Source: Planctomycetota bacterium
Lineage (GTDB): Bacteria; Planctomycetota; UBA8108; SXIK01
Direction: 5' to 3'
Length of the DNA: 64,000 nucleotides
Assembly (NCBI GenBank): GCA_965223265.1
Contig: OZ244999.1
Span: 1,280,001 to 1,344,000, forward strand
The translations under genes and the position numbers were made by a program. This document shows, in pieces, positions 40,039 through 49,209 of this stretch (position 1 is the stretch's first letter; the number at the start of each line of letters is the position of its first letter). The notes under the pieces were generated by a model. The model searched no databases. It was not told the DNA's origin and saw only the letters and a program-made list of their open reading frames with translations.

Positions 40039-42573
40039 ATGGCATTCTCATTGCGATGGTCTGGACTGCTTCTGACGTCGGTGGCGCTCACAGTTCTTGG
40101 TTGGGGGAAGGTCGAAGGAGGCGAATTCTCGATAGCGTTCGTGTCCCGGCAGTTTGAGCAGCTCAGCCCGATCGGAGCTCGACGAACGGGAGTTGTGGAG
40201 CGCTCGCTTTATGGGAGGCTGCTTGTGAGAGCGGCGAACGGCGATCTCCAGACGCTGGTCGATGTGGCGTCCCCCGACGCGCCGGACGACACCCCTTCTG
40301 ATGTGTCGGATCCCGATGTCTCCTACGATGGGACGCGTATTGTCTTCGCCGGATTCTCGCCTGCCGACGCTGCTTGGCGGATCTATGAGGTCGGGACCGA
40401 CGGCTCGGGATTGCGTCGGGTCACGACCAGCAGCCGCCAAATCAATCTCGACAGGTTTGGGGAAGCGGCGGCGGCGCTTCGCGGCTATGACGATGTGGAC
40501 CCGTGTTATCTTCCCGACGGTCGCATCTGTTTTGTGTCGACGCGCTATCCGGGAATCGCACCAGACAATCGCTTGCGGACAACCAACCTCTACGTTGTCA
40601 ACGCCGATGGGTCGGACCTCCACCGGATCACCTCGGAACGTTTCGGAGGTGAGACTCCCGCGGTCGACCCAACGACCGGGAAGATCGTCTATTCGCGCTG
40701 GTGGCGTTCGCCCGGCCGGCTCACTCGGGAAGGTGCTGACGCTGGTGAACATGCTGACGATGGTGAAGATGATGCTGAAGATGGTGAAGAACCAAGATTC
40801 CCCGGGTACACGCCCCCTGGCCGAGCCGACGAGGTGAATCGCGACACGCAAACGCCGGCCCCCATCCTTGACGGCATTGAGGAGGAGGACTTTCCAGGTC
40901 TGAACCATTGGTTTCTCGCCAGCATCCGCCCTGACGGTAACGGTCTGCAGATGTTCTCGGGCACGGGGTTGGACCGCCAAGCGACGCAGGCTTACCGCCC
41001 CGCCTTTTTGCCGAGCGGGGATGCCCTGGGAGTCTTTTTGCCAACGACGCCGTTTCTCGGTCGGCCCGGCAACTTCGGCCTGCGCCTCGTTCATCGCGGC
41101 TCTGTGGCACCTGACGCGCTGGGAGGACCGCAGACTTTCTCTCTCGACGGGACCGCACCGCACTTTCTCTACGCGAGCGCCGCGCCGCTACCTGATGGGC
41201 GGATTCTCGTCACCGGAACGCCGTCAGGCGTCGTCGTCAATTACGACGTTTACGTGCAGAGCCTTGAGCGAGCCGACCCTGTGAAGCTCTTCGGTTCGAG
41301 ACACGCCGAGCTCGATGCGGTTCCTCTCGTGGCGCGTTCAGTTCCTCCCGTGCTGGCGGATCAGAACACGCACCGTATGGATGACTTTGTTCCTCGTAAT
41401 CTCCACGAAGCGTTTCACCATGGAGGGGCTTTTACTTTTTCGAGCGAGAATATCTTCAACAATCCCCCAGTCGACCAGCCGCTCCCCAACGGTCTCCCAA
41501 TCGGCAAGCAACTCTTCATCGACTTCTTTCTGAACCCACAGGGTACGAGTGCGCTTGGAGTCGACGAACCGATCCTCATCGCGAGTCAGAAGATCGGTGC
41601 GAACGGTAGGGTTGAGATCGAGCTGCCGGCGGGGGTTCCTCTCTTCGAGCTGATTCGGCGTCCGGATGGCACGGTTGCGCGCGGTGCAGACGGGCAGATT
41701 TTTCACGTCGGTGGTCACAACTTTGGCGTGCGTGGGGCGCGCGCCAGTTGCGTGGGCTGTCACGCAGGTCACACACTCCTTCCTGTGTCCGCTGACCCAG
41801 CGCAAACCAACGTCGCTCCTAGCGCGCTCGTCGAGGCGAACACTTCGCGAGCCAGAATCGACGCTGATGGGCGGTTGCGTGTGGACGTTGCGCGCAACCT
41901 GGTCGACCGGAGCACCGAGCCGAACTCCAACTGGGTCGCGGGACCGTCGTTCGACGAGGATGCTCGAATTGACCTGCAGTGGTCGATCCCGATCGCCGCG
42001 CGTGAAGTGGTACTTCATGGTGTCTCACCGCAACCGAGAACGAACATCACCGTTCACGCCGTCGACCTTGCGACGTATCTGGACGACGAGATCGTGGACA
42101 CCTTGGAAATCGCACGGGAGATTCAGCCGGAAGGAACGACGGTGGCGCTCCCGACGCGGCGACCCTTCACGCGGCTTGAAGTCACGATCGACCCGCAGAA
42201 CGTCAGCGGCGCGTTGGAAGGGGCTCTCTCTCTTCCCGCCCTCGCAGAGATCGAGGTGATTGGGCAGGCGCTGGAGGGATCCAAACCTGGGGTCCTCTTC
42301 ATCCGCGGCGATGTCAATTGTGACGGCCGTCTCAACGTCACGGACGGCGTCGGCCTACTGAGGGCACTTTTCGTCGGTTCGGGTCCGCTCTGCTGTGAGG
42401 CGGCAGCTGATTCGAATGCCGATGGTGGAGTGAATTTAGCCGATGCAATGCGGGTCCTGTTGTTGGTCTTTCGAGACTCGCCGCCGCTCCTTCCTCCGTT
42501 CCCTGACTGCGCTCCACAAGCGTCCGAAGATACGCTCACCTGCGACCAAGAGACTTGCGCGTCGCGAGCATGA
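40039..42573 (+). CDS. secreted HzsA-like (TolB/PD40 propeller) protein with CxxCH, a discoidin-like domain and a dockerin-like tail
   Basis: AGGAGG RBS; DPDVSYDGTRIVF, DDVDPCYLPDGRICFVSTR, LPAGVPLF, SCVGCH; NVAPSALVEA...LAEIEV; FIRGDVNCDGRLNVTDG...ADSNADGGVNLADA. Confidence 0.8.
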   Translation: MAFSLRWSGLLLTSVALTVLGWGKVEGGEFSIAFVSRQFEQLSPIGARRTGVVERSLYGRLLVRAANGDLQTLVDVASPDAPDDTPSDVSDPDVSYDGTRIVFAGFSPADAAWRIYEVGTDGSGLRRVTTSSRQINLDRFGEAAAALRGYDDVDPCYLPDGRICFVSTRYPGIAPDNRLRTTNLYVVNADGSDLHRITSERFGGETPAVDPTTGKIVYSRWWRSPGRLTREGADAGEHADDGEDDAEDGEEPRFPGYTPPGRADEVNRDTQTPAPILDGIEEEDFPGLNHWFLASIRPDGNGLQMFSGTGLDRQATQAYRPAFLPSGDALGVFLPTTPFLGRPGNFGLRLVHRGSVAPDALGGPQTFSLDGTAPHFLYASAAPLPDGRILVTGTPSGVVVNYDVYVQSLERADPVKLFGSRHAELDAVPLVARSVPPVLADQNTHRMDDFVPRNLHEAFHHGGAFTFSSENIFNNPPVDQPLPNGLPIGKQLFIDFFLNPQGTSALGVDEPILIASQKIGANGRVEIELPAGVPLFELIRRPDGTVARGADGQIFHVGGHNFGVRGARASCVGCHAGHTLLPVSADPAQTNVAPSALVEANTSRARIDADGRLRVDVARNLVDRSTEPNSNWVAGPSFDEDARIDLQWSIPIAAREVVLHGVSPQPRTNITVHAVDLATYLDDEIVDTLEIAREIQPEGTTVALPTRRPFTRLEVTIDPQNVSGALEGALSLPALAEIEVIGQALEGSKPGVLFIRGDVNCDGRLNVTDGVGLLRALFVGSGPLCCEAAADSNADGGVNLADAMRVLLLVFRDSPPLLPPFPDCAPQASEDTLTCDQETCASRA

Positions 42574-42730
42574 TCCTCGGTCGTCCGCAGCCTTGATGTC
42601 CGCTTGAGACGGCGGCGTTGCCGCCGTATCGTGGTCGATCCAACGAGCGGGGCGTGGGGCGCGATTTCGACATCGAGCGCGCGTCGCCCCATCCGAGCTC
42701 GCGAGGTCGAGGAACGTTTTGAACGTGAGA

Positions 42731-43858
42731 ATGGTGTCCGCTGTCGCGGTGGGCTTAGCGATACTCTGCTCTCCTGTCGCTGCAGAAGAGTATCGAGTCG
42801 TCCGTGAATTTCGTATCGCTGACGAACCCGCTTGCATGCCGGCTTTGACTCGCGCGCCGAACGGTGATCTTCTCGTCGCGTTGAGTACCGAGTGGGAACC
42901 GTTTCCTTGGGGCGGTGAGCTGAAGCTCGTCGTCTCGAGCGACGGAGCTCTCACGTGGTCGAAACCTCGACTGCTCTGGAAAGATCCCGATCCGCGCGTG
43001 ACGATTCAAGTCGCCAACGGCATGCAGACGCTGAGTAATGGGGAGATTCTTCTACCTGTGACGTTCGGCCTCGTCCCAAAACGCAAGGGCGTCGAACCAG
43101 GTGAAGAGAGTCCTCACAAGATCTATGACGTCACGCTCCCAGGATACCGGCGCGAAGTACGTTTCTTGCGCTCGAACGACAGCGGCAACTCATGGCGTTT
43201 CGAGGACCCCAAGCTGCATCGACCCTGGTGGCGGTTTGGACGTTTGGTCGAGGTATCTGACGGTCGATTGATCATGCCCGGACGTGGCTGGTACGTCGAG
43301 TCGCGTGACTTCGGCCGCACCTGGGGGCCGCGGCGGTCCCTCGGATCGAATCGACTGCGCAGCGAGACGAACATCATCGAGGCAGCCGACGGAACATTTC
43401 TGTCGATTGTCCGCGGCGGTGGCGAACCACCGCGGCGGATGTTCGGCACGAACTTCTCCGATGACAAAGGTAGGACTTGGGGGCCGGCAAGGTCCGCAGG
43501 GGTCCAAGGCAAGATGCCCGATCTTCTCGTGCTTCCGTCCGGCCGCGTCCTTTTGGCCGTCGGCGCGGAAGGTCTGACCGACGGCAGCTTGGTGTTTCGC
43601 CGAAAGGATCGGTACTCCTTTTGCACGCTCTTCGTGAGTGACGACCATGGTCGGTCGTGGAGGAGAGACGTTGCGTTCTCTTCGGTGCAGCCACAGGGCA
43701 GCGTGGTGCCTAGCGACAGCCCGGTCCTGTGCCCGCTCGAGGGCGGCAGGATTCTCGTGGTCATGCAGGCGTCCGATCGCGACAAAGCTGATCATCCGTT
43801 GATGGGGTTTAGCGCTGGTATGTCGATCATCGGGAACATCATCGAACCTCGTGAGTAG
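42731..43858 (+). CDS. secreted sialidase-like (BNR) protein
   Basis: Signal peptide; SSDGALTW, SNDSGNSW, SRDFGRTW, SDDKGRTW, SDDHGRSW. Confidence 0.85.
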   Translation: MVSAVAVGLAILCSPVAAEEYRVVREFRIADEPACMPALTRAPNGDLLVALSTEWEPFPWGGELKLVVSSDGALTWSKPRLLWKDPDPRVTIQVANGMQTLSNGEILLPVTFGLVPKRKGVEPGEESPHKIYDVTLPGYRREVRFLRSNDSGNSWRFEDPKLHRPWWRFGRLVEVSDGRLIMPGRGWYVESRDFGRTWGPRRSLGSNRLRSETNIIEAADGTFLSIVRGGGEPPRRMFGTNFSDDKGRTWGPARSAGVQGKMPDLLVLPSGRVLLAVGAEGLTDGSLVFRRKDRYSFCTLFVSDDHGRSWRRDVAFSSVQPQGSVVPSDSPVLCPLEGGRILVVMQASDRDKADHPLMGFSAGMSIIGNIIEPRE

Positions 43859-43939
43859 ACGATGCCGCCTCGTCAGCACGATGAGACGCATCGGCGCTCC
43901 GCGAGCCTCTGGATTCGAGGTCAAACTGGAAGACGGCAG

Positions 43940-44170
43940 GCGACTGATGTCAGCGGGCAGTTCGCGCTTCAGATCGTCGTGATATCGAAACCTCCGCCGT
44001 CATGGACTGCGGGGCAGCTCGGACAGTCCGACGATCCTGCGTCGCCGCACTTCGCTGATCAGGCGATCGAGCTGGTCGGCAAACGAAAGCCGAAGGGTAG
44101 GTACTTTAGAGACCGAGCCGCTCTGGTCAAAACCCTTGAATCGACCACGGGGCTCCTCTACGACGGCTAG
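43940..44170 (+). pseudogene. C-terminal fragment of a penicillin acylase (Ntn hydrolase) family protein
   Basis: QIVVISKPPPSWTAGQLGQSDDPASPHFADQAIEL resembles the conserved GQS.DP.SPH..DQ terminus; no upstream catalytic region is present. Confidence 0.55.
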
Positions 44171-44251
44171 CCCATTCGTGGCTGCACCATCGACCTCGTT
44201 GATCCGATCTCTTCCATCCCTGACAATAGAGGCGGTCAAGGAGAGTCTCGC

Positions 44252-47113
44252 GTGTTCGGATTGATCGTCACCCTCAGTTTACTTGGAAGCCCAGAAGTCG
44301 ATTCAAGTGGAGTCGACTTTTTCGAGCGTGAAGTCCGTCCGGTCCTTGTTGCGAAATGCACCCGTTGTCACGGACCGCTGAAACAGGAAAGCGGACTTCG
44401 CGTTGACTCGCGTCAGGCGCTGATCGAGGGCGGGGAACGGGGCGCCGCGATCGTGCCCAGCGATGTTGCGGCGAGTCGACTCCTGGCGGCCATCCGCCAC
44501 CGGGGCGAGCTCAAGATGCCGCCGGACGGCAAGTTGAGTGCGCGTGAGATCCAGGCGTTCGAACACTGGATACGGATCGGAGCGGTGTGGCCAGCTGCAA
44601 GCCGAACTCGCTCGCCCGATCAGAGCGGCGCTTCCGATCACTGGGCTTTTCGTCCCGTTCACGCCCCTCCGGTTCCGCTGCTCAAGAATTCGACCTGGGC
44701 AGTGCGTACCGAAATCGACGCGTTCATCCTTGCCGAGCTCGACGCCCGCGGACTCGGGCCGTCACCGCCAGCGGACCGCCGCGCGCTGATCCGTCGGCTG
44801 TACTACACGCTCGTCGGTTTGCCGCCTGGCGCCGAGGAAGTTCGTGCGTTCGTCGATGATCCGAGACCGAACGCCTACGCGCTGCTCGTTGAGAGGCTCC
44901 TTCAAACGCCGCACTACGGTGAACAGTGGGCCCGGCATTGGCTCGATGTGGCGCGGTACTCCGACACCAAAGGCTACGTCTATGCGCGCGAGGAGCGTTT
45001 TTGGCTGCATGCCTGGACGTATCGCGATTGGGTCGTGCAGGCGCTCAACGCCGACATGCCCTACGATCGTTTCCTTCTCTTGCAGCTCGCCGCGGATCAG
45101 GTGGAGGAGCGAAAGGAGGGTGACCTGGCCGCGATGGGGTTCCTCACGCTCGGGCGGCGATTCCTCGGAGTGACGCGCGAGATCATCGACGACCGTATTG
45201 ACGTCGTCACGCGCGGCACCATGGGGCTAACGGTCAGCTGTGCACGCTGTCACGATCACAAGTACGACCCGATCGCGACCGCCGATTACTATTCGCTCTA
45301 TGGCGTCTTCGATAGCTGTTCGGAGCGCGTGGTCAGATTGCCGGACGCGGTCGGGCAAGACCGTGCCTTCGAAGACGAGCTGGCGAGCCGTCAGCAGAAA
45401 CTAGAAGACGAGCTGAACAAGAGTCGCGTCGAGTCTTCCGATCGCGTGCGTCAGCGCATCGGAGACTACCTCCACGCGCAGACGCGACTCGAGGAGTTTC
45501 CCGCCAAGGGATTCGATCAGATCTTCTTACCAGATGACCTCCTGCCGGCCTTTGTGCGCCGTTGGGAACGATACTTGCTTCGAGCTGAGCGCCAGGGAGA
45601 TCCGATCTTTGTGCCGTGGCATGCGTACGCCTCCATTCGCAATGACTCGTTCGCGGAGCGAGCAGTCGACGTGACGCGCGAGCTTCGAGAGGCGAAGCGG
45701 GGCGACGTCCATCCCGGCGTTGCAGAGCTGTTCCGCGATTCTCCGGCGAGCTTTGATGAAGTCGTCGAGCGTTACACGCAGTTGTTCTCAGGTGTGGACG
45801 CGACTTGGAAGGAAACGCTCGAAGTGGCCCAGGCCCAAAAGGCCGAAATGCCGCGACGATTGAGCGACCCGGACGACGAGTCGCTGCGGCGCGTGCTCTA
45901 CGGCGAAGGAGCACCATGCGAGGTGCCAAATGAACCCATCGTCAACGCCGAAGACTACTTCGACACGCGACGACTCGAGAAGCTGTGGAAGTTGCAGAAG
46001 GACGTCGACCGCTGGATTCTCGAGGCGGCGACGCCGGTGCGTTTCGCTTCGGTGCTTCAAGATCGGGCGATTGCCTCGCAGCCACGAATATTTCGGCGTG
46101 GCGATCCGACGCGTCCGGGTGCGGCTGTGGCGCGAAGGTTTCTTCCCCTGCTCACGGAGGAACCCCGGCCCTTCGAGCGGGGCAGTGGCCGCTTGGAACT
46201 CGCTAAGGCCATCGCTTCACCCACGAATCCTTTGACTGCGCGCGTGATCGTCAACCGTGTTTGGGCGCACCACTTCGGTCGCGGACTTGTCGCCACGCCG
46301 AGCGACTTCGGCGTGCGAGCCGGCGTGCCCTCGCATCCCGAGCTGCTCGACTGGCTCGCGGCGCGGTTTGTTGCCGATGGTTGGAGTCTCAAGAAACTTC
46401 ACCGCCTCATCGTTTTGTCGTCGACGTTTCGTCAGACTTCGCATCCTCCGGACGACGCGCGCGGTCGAACCGCCCTGGCCTCAGATCCCGACAACCGTCT
46501 GCTTTGGCGCATGAATCCGAGACGGCTCACCTTCGAGGAGTTCCGAGATTCGATGCTGGCGGTAGGGGGCGACCTTGACTCACGGGTGGGCGGTAAACCT
46601 TTCGATCTCTTCGAGCTGCCGTTTCGGCATCGACGGACTATTTACGGCTTGGTCGACCGTCAGTTTTTCCCGACGCCACTGCGCACGTTTGATTTTGCCA
46701 ACCCGGACCTCCACATTCCTCAGCGACGAGAGACGACGGTGCCGCAGCAGGCGCTCTTTTTCATGAACCATCCGCTGGTCCTCGATCGCGCGCGGGCAGT
46801 GGCGAAAGTCGGTGAACGGGCCGGGGCGTCTGAAGCCGGCGTGCGAGAGTTATTTCGACGTGTGTACCAGCGCGAGCCGACGGCTACCGAGCTCGCAGAG
46901 TCTCAGCAGCTTTTGCGCGCTGCATCCCCTGCTCACGAGCAGCGATCAGGCGAAGCGTCGTCAGCATTACCACCGCCCGCGTCATCGTCTGCGGATTCAC
47001 GTGAAACGAATTCTGCAGCCGAAGCTCAGGCGGAGACGGTGATGCCATTGAGCGGCTGGGAGCAGCTCGCGCATCTTCTACTGTGCACGAACGAGTTCAT
47101 CTTCATCGATTGA
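44252..47113 (+). CDS. planctomycete cytochrome c (PSCyt1) + DUF1549 + DUF1553 protein
   Basis: [71 protein letters not shown]. Confidence 0.93.
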   Translation: MFGLIVTLSLLGSPEVDSSGVDFFEREVRPVLVAKCTRCHGPLKQESGLRVDSRQALIEGGERGAAIVPSDVAASRLLAAIRHRGELKMPPDGKLSAREIQAFEHWIRIGAVWPAASRTRSPDQSGASDHWAFRPVHAPPVPLLKNSTWAVRTEIDAFILAELDARGLGPSPPADRRALIRRLYYTLVGLPPGAEEVRAFVDDPRPNAYALLVERLLQTPHYGEQWARHWLDVARYSDTKGYVYAREERFWLHAWTYRDWVVQALNADMPYDRFLLLQLAADQVEERKEGDLAAMGFLTLGRRFLGVTREIIDDRIDVVTRGTMGLTVSCARCHDHKYDPIATADYYSLYGVFDSCSERVVRLPDAVGQDRAFEDELASRQQKLEDELNKSRVESSDRVRQRIGDYLHAQTRLEEFPAKGFDQIFLPDDLLPAFVRRWERYLLRAERQGDPIFVPWHAYASIRNDSFAERAVDVTRELREAKRGDVHPGVAELFRDSPASFDEVVERYTQLFSGVDATWKETLEVAQAQKAEMPRRLSDPDDESLRRVLYGEGAPCEVPNEPIVNAEDYFDTRRLEKLWKLQKDVDRWILEAATPVRFASVLQDRAIASQPRIFRRGDPTRPGAAVARRFLPLLTEEPRPFERGSGRLELAKAIASPTNPLTARVIVNRVWAHHFGRGLVATPSDFGVRAGVPSHPELLDWLAARFVADGWSLKKLHRLIVLSSTFRQTSHPPDDARGRTALASDPDNRLLWRMNPRRLTFEEFRDSMLAVGGDLDSRVGGKPFDLFELPFRHRRTIYGLVDRQFFPTPLRTFDFANPDLHIPQRRETTVPQQALFFMNHPLVLDRARAVAKVGERAGASEAGVRELFRRVYQREPTATELAESQQLLRAASPAHEQRSGEASSALPPPASSSADSRETNSAAEAQAETVMPLSGWEQLAHLLLCTNEFIFID

Positions 47114-47139
47114 GGAGCCGCCTCGAACAGGAAAGAGAT

Positions 47140-48576
47140 ATGACGGTTTCGTATTCATTCGCACCTCTCAGCCGCCGTGAGCTCTTGTCGCGGTCAGCGC
47201 TCGGGATTGGGTCTCTCGCCTTAGCCGGTCTCGCGGCGGACGAAGTCCGCGCCTCCGGCCGAACCACGGAGAAGGAAGGCGTGCGTGCAGGTCCACTCGC
47301 TCCCCGTCTGCCTCACTTCCCGGCTCGTGCTAAGCGTGTGGTGCAGTTTTTTCTCAATGGCGGACCCTCACATGTCGACACATTCGACCCCAAGCCGCTG
47401 CTGGCTACATACGCCGGCAAGCCGCTGACGGTGACCAAGACGACAGAGCGGCGGACGGGCGCCGCATTTCCGTCGCCGTTTGAATTCCGGCGCTACGGCG
47501 AGTCTGGAATCGAGGTGAGCGAGCTCTTCGCGCACACAGCGCAGCACATCGACGACATCGCGGTGATTCGCTCGATGTACGCACAGGTGCCGAATCACGA
47601 GCCCTCGCTCATGCTCATGAACTGTGGCGACTCGGTGCAGACGCGACCGAGCATGGGCGCATGGCTACTCTACGGACTCGGTGCGGAAAACCAAAACCTC
47701 CCTGGTTTCATCGCCATGTGTCCAAACGGCCTGCCGATCAAGGATTCCGAGAACTGGCAGGCGGCGTTTCTGCCGGGCGCCTTCCAAGGTACCTATGTCG
47801 ACACCAAGCACGAGGAGCTCAGCCGGCTGATTGAGAATATCGAGCATCCGCAAATCGCGACTGCGGATCAGCGACGGCAGCTTGACCTATTGGCGCGTTG
47901 GAATCGTCGACATCAGGCGCGTCGGATCGATGCACGACTCGAAGCGCGCATAGAGTCCTACGAACTCGCCTTCCGCATGCAGCACGACGCGCGAGAAGCG
48001 TTCGATCTTGCGGACGAACCAGAGTCGATCCGAGAGATGTACGGCGCCGGGGTGCACGCGCGGCAGACGCTGATCGCGAGGCGGCTGCTCGAGCGTGGGG
48101 TGCGTTACGTACAGCTCTGGCACGGTGCCAGCCAGCCGTGGGACAACCACACCAACATCGAGTCGGCGCATCGAAAGCTCTCAGCTCAGATCGACCAGCC
48201 GATCGCGGCCCTGCTCTCCGATCTGAAGCAGCGCGGCATGTTCGAGGAAACGCTCGTTCTGTGGGGTGGCGAGTTCGGCCGCACGCCGACGGTCGAGCTG
48301 GAGGGTGACGGCAAGCCAAAGCTCGGGCGCGATCACAATCATTACGGCTTCACTGTTTGGCTCGCAGGCGGAGGAATCCGCGGCGGGACGGTGCACGGCG
48401 CGACCGACGAGTTTGGTTTCGCAGCGGTGGAGAACCGAACCAGCGTGCACGACCTTCACGCCACGATCCTGCACGCGCTTGGCCTCGATCACGAGCGACT
48501 CACTTACCGCTACGCGGGCCGCGACTTTCGTCTGACGGACGTGCATGGGCGCGTCGTCCACGAAGTGCTTGCGTGA
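47140..48576 (+). CDS. DUF1501 domain protein
   Basis: SRRELL, AKRVVQFFLNGGPSHVDTFDPKP, PWDNH, GGEFGRTP, GRDHN, GRDFRLTDVHG. Confidence 0.93.
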   Translation: MTVSYSFAPLSRRELLSRSALGIGSLALAGLAADEVRASGRTTEKEGVRAGPLAPRLPHFPARAKRVVQFFLNGGPSHVDTFDPKPLLATYAGKPLTVTKTTERRTGAAFPSPFEFRRYGESGIEVSELFAHTAQHIDDIAVIRSMYAQVPNHEPSLMLMNCGDSVQTRPSMGAWLLYGLGAENQNLPGFIAMCPNGLPIKDSENWQAAFLPGAFQGTYVDTKHEELSRLIENIEHPQIATADQRRQLDLLARWNRRHQARRIDARLEARIESYELAFRMQHDAREAFDLADEPESIREMYGAGVHARQTLIARRLLERGVRYVQLWHGASQPWDNHTNIESAHRKLSAQIDQPIAALLSDLKQRGMFEETLVLWGGEFGRTPTVELEGDGKPKLGRDHNHYGFTVWLAGGGIRGGTVHGATDEFGFAAVENRTSVHDLHATILHALGLDHERLTYRYAGRDFRLTDVHGRVVHEVLA

Positions 48577-48581
48577 GGTAA

Positions 48582-48944
48582 GCTCCGGGTGCGGCGGGGG
48601 AGCTCGCGCTGCTCGTCGACGAAAAGCTCCAAGCGCGGGAAGCTGAATTGCGTGCTGACATGGCTCGGCGCGGCAAGAAGTTCGCGGGCGCCAAGTTTGT
48701 GCGACGTCAGAGCCCCGTGGCTCGTCCTGGTGATGCGGAGCCGCGTCGAAAGCTCGTCCCGCGCTTTGCGTGCCGCGACAAGCAGAGGCGAATCGATGCG
48801 CTCGTGGAGTACAAGCGGTTCCTCAGAGCGTACCGCGACGCCCTGAGGGAGTTCTGCGAGGGTCTACGCGAAGCGCTTTTCCCCTACGGCACGTACTGGA
48901 TGCGTGTTCACTTCGCGGCGCGCTGTGCATCAATGCCGCCGTAG
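48582..48944 (+). mobile_element. C-terminal remnant of a Y1/REP-associated tyrosine transposase-like gene
   Basis: ...EPRRKLVPRFACRD...FLRAYRDALREFCEG...FPYGTYWMRVHF resembles the C-terminal extension of myxobacterial/planctomycete RAYT-like transposases (recognised from memory). It is preceded by an in-frame TAA (48579) and lacks the HuH domain. Confidence 0.55.
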
Positions 48945-49209
48945 GGCGTACAGCGGCAGGCGGGGCCACGACGGATTACAGATTCGAGCACAGCGTTTCA
49001 GCTTCGCCCCATCAGCTGCGGGGTGAATCTACGCCCGTGACTTTTCACAACGGCATGAGAAACCCCCTTGGCGAGTCAAGACGTCGGAGTTCGACAGCGA
49101 TTCGACAGCAATGCGCAGTCTCGACCGTCGAGATCTCCGCAGGACCAAGAGAATCGGCCGTCGTCGCCAACAGTGAACCTGGGAGGATTTTCGGGGACGG
49201 ATTTTCCCT

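Noticed and set aside
40039-42573. Anammox hydrazine synthase
   Set aside because: No beta/gamma subunit genes, a single CxxCH, and extra dockerin-like tail; the gene context is heterotrophic.
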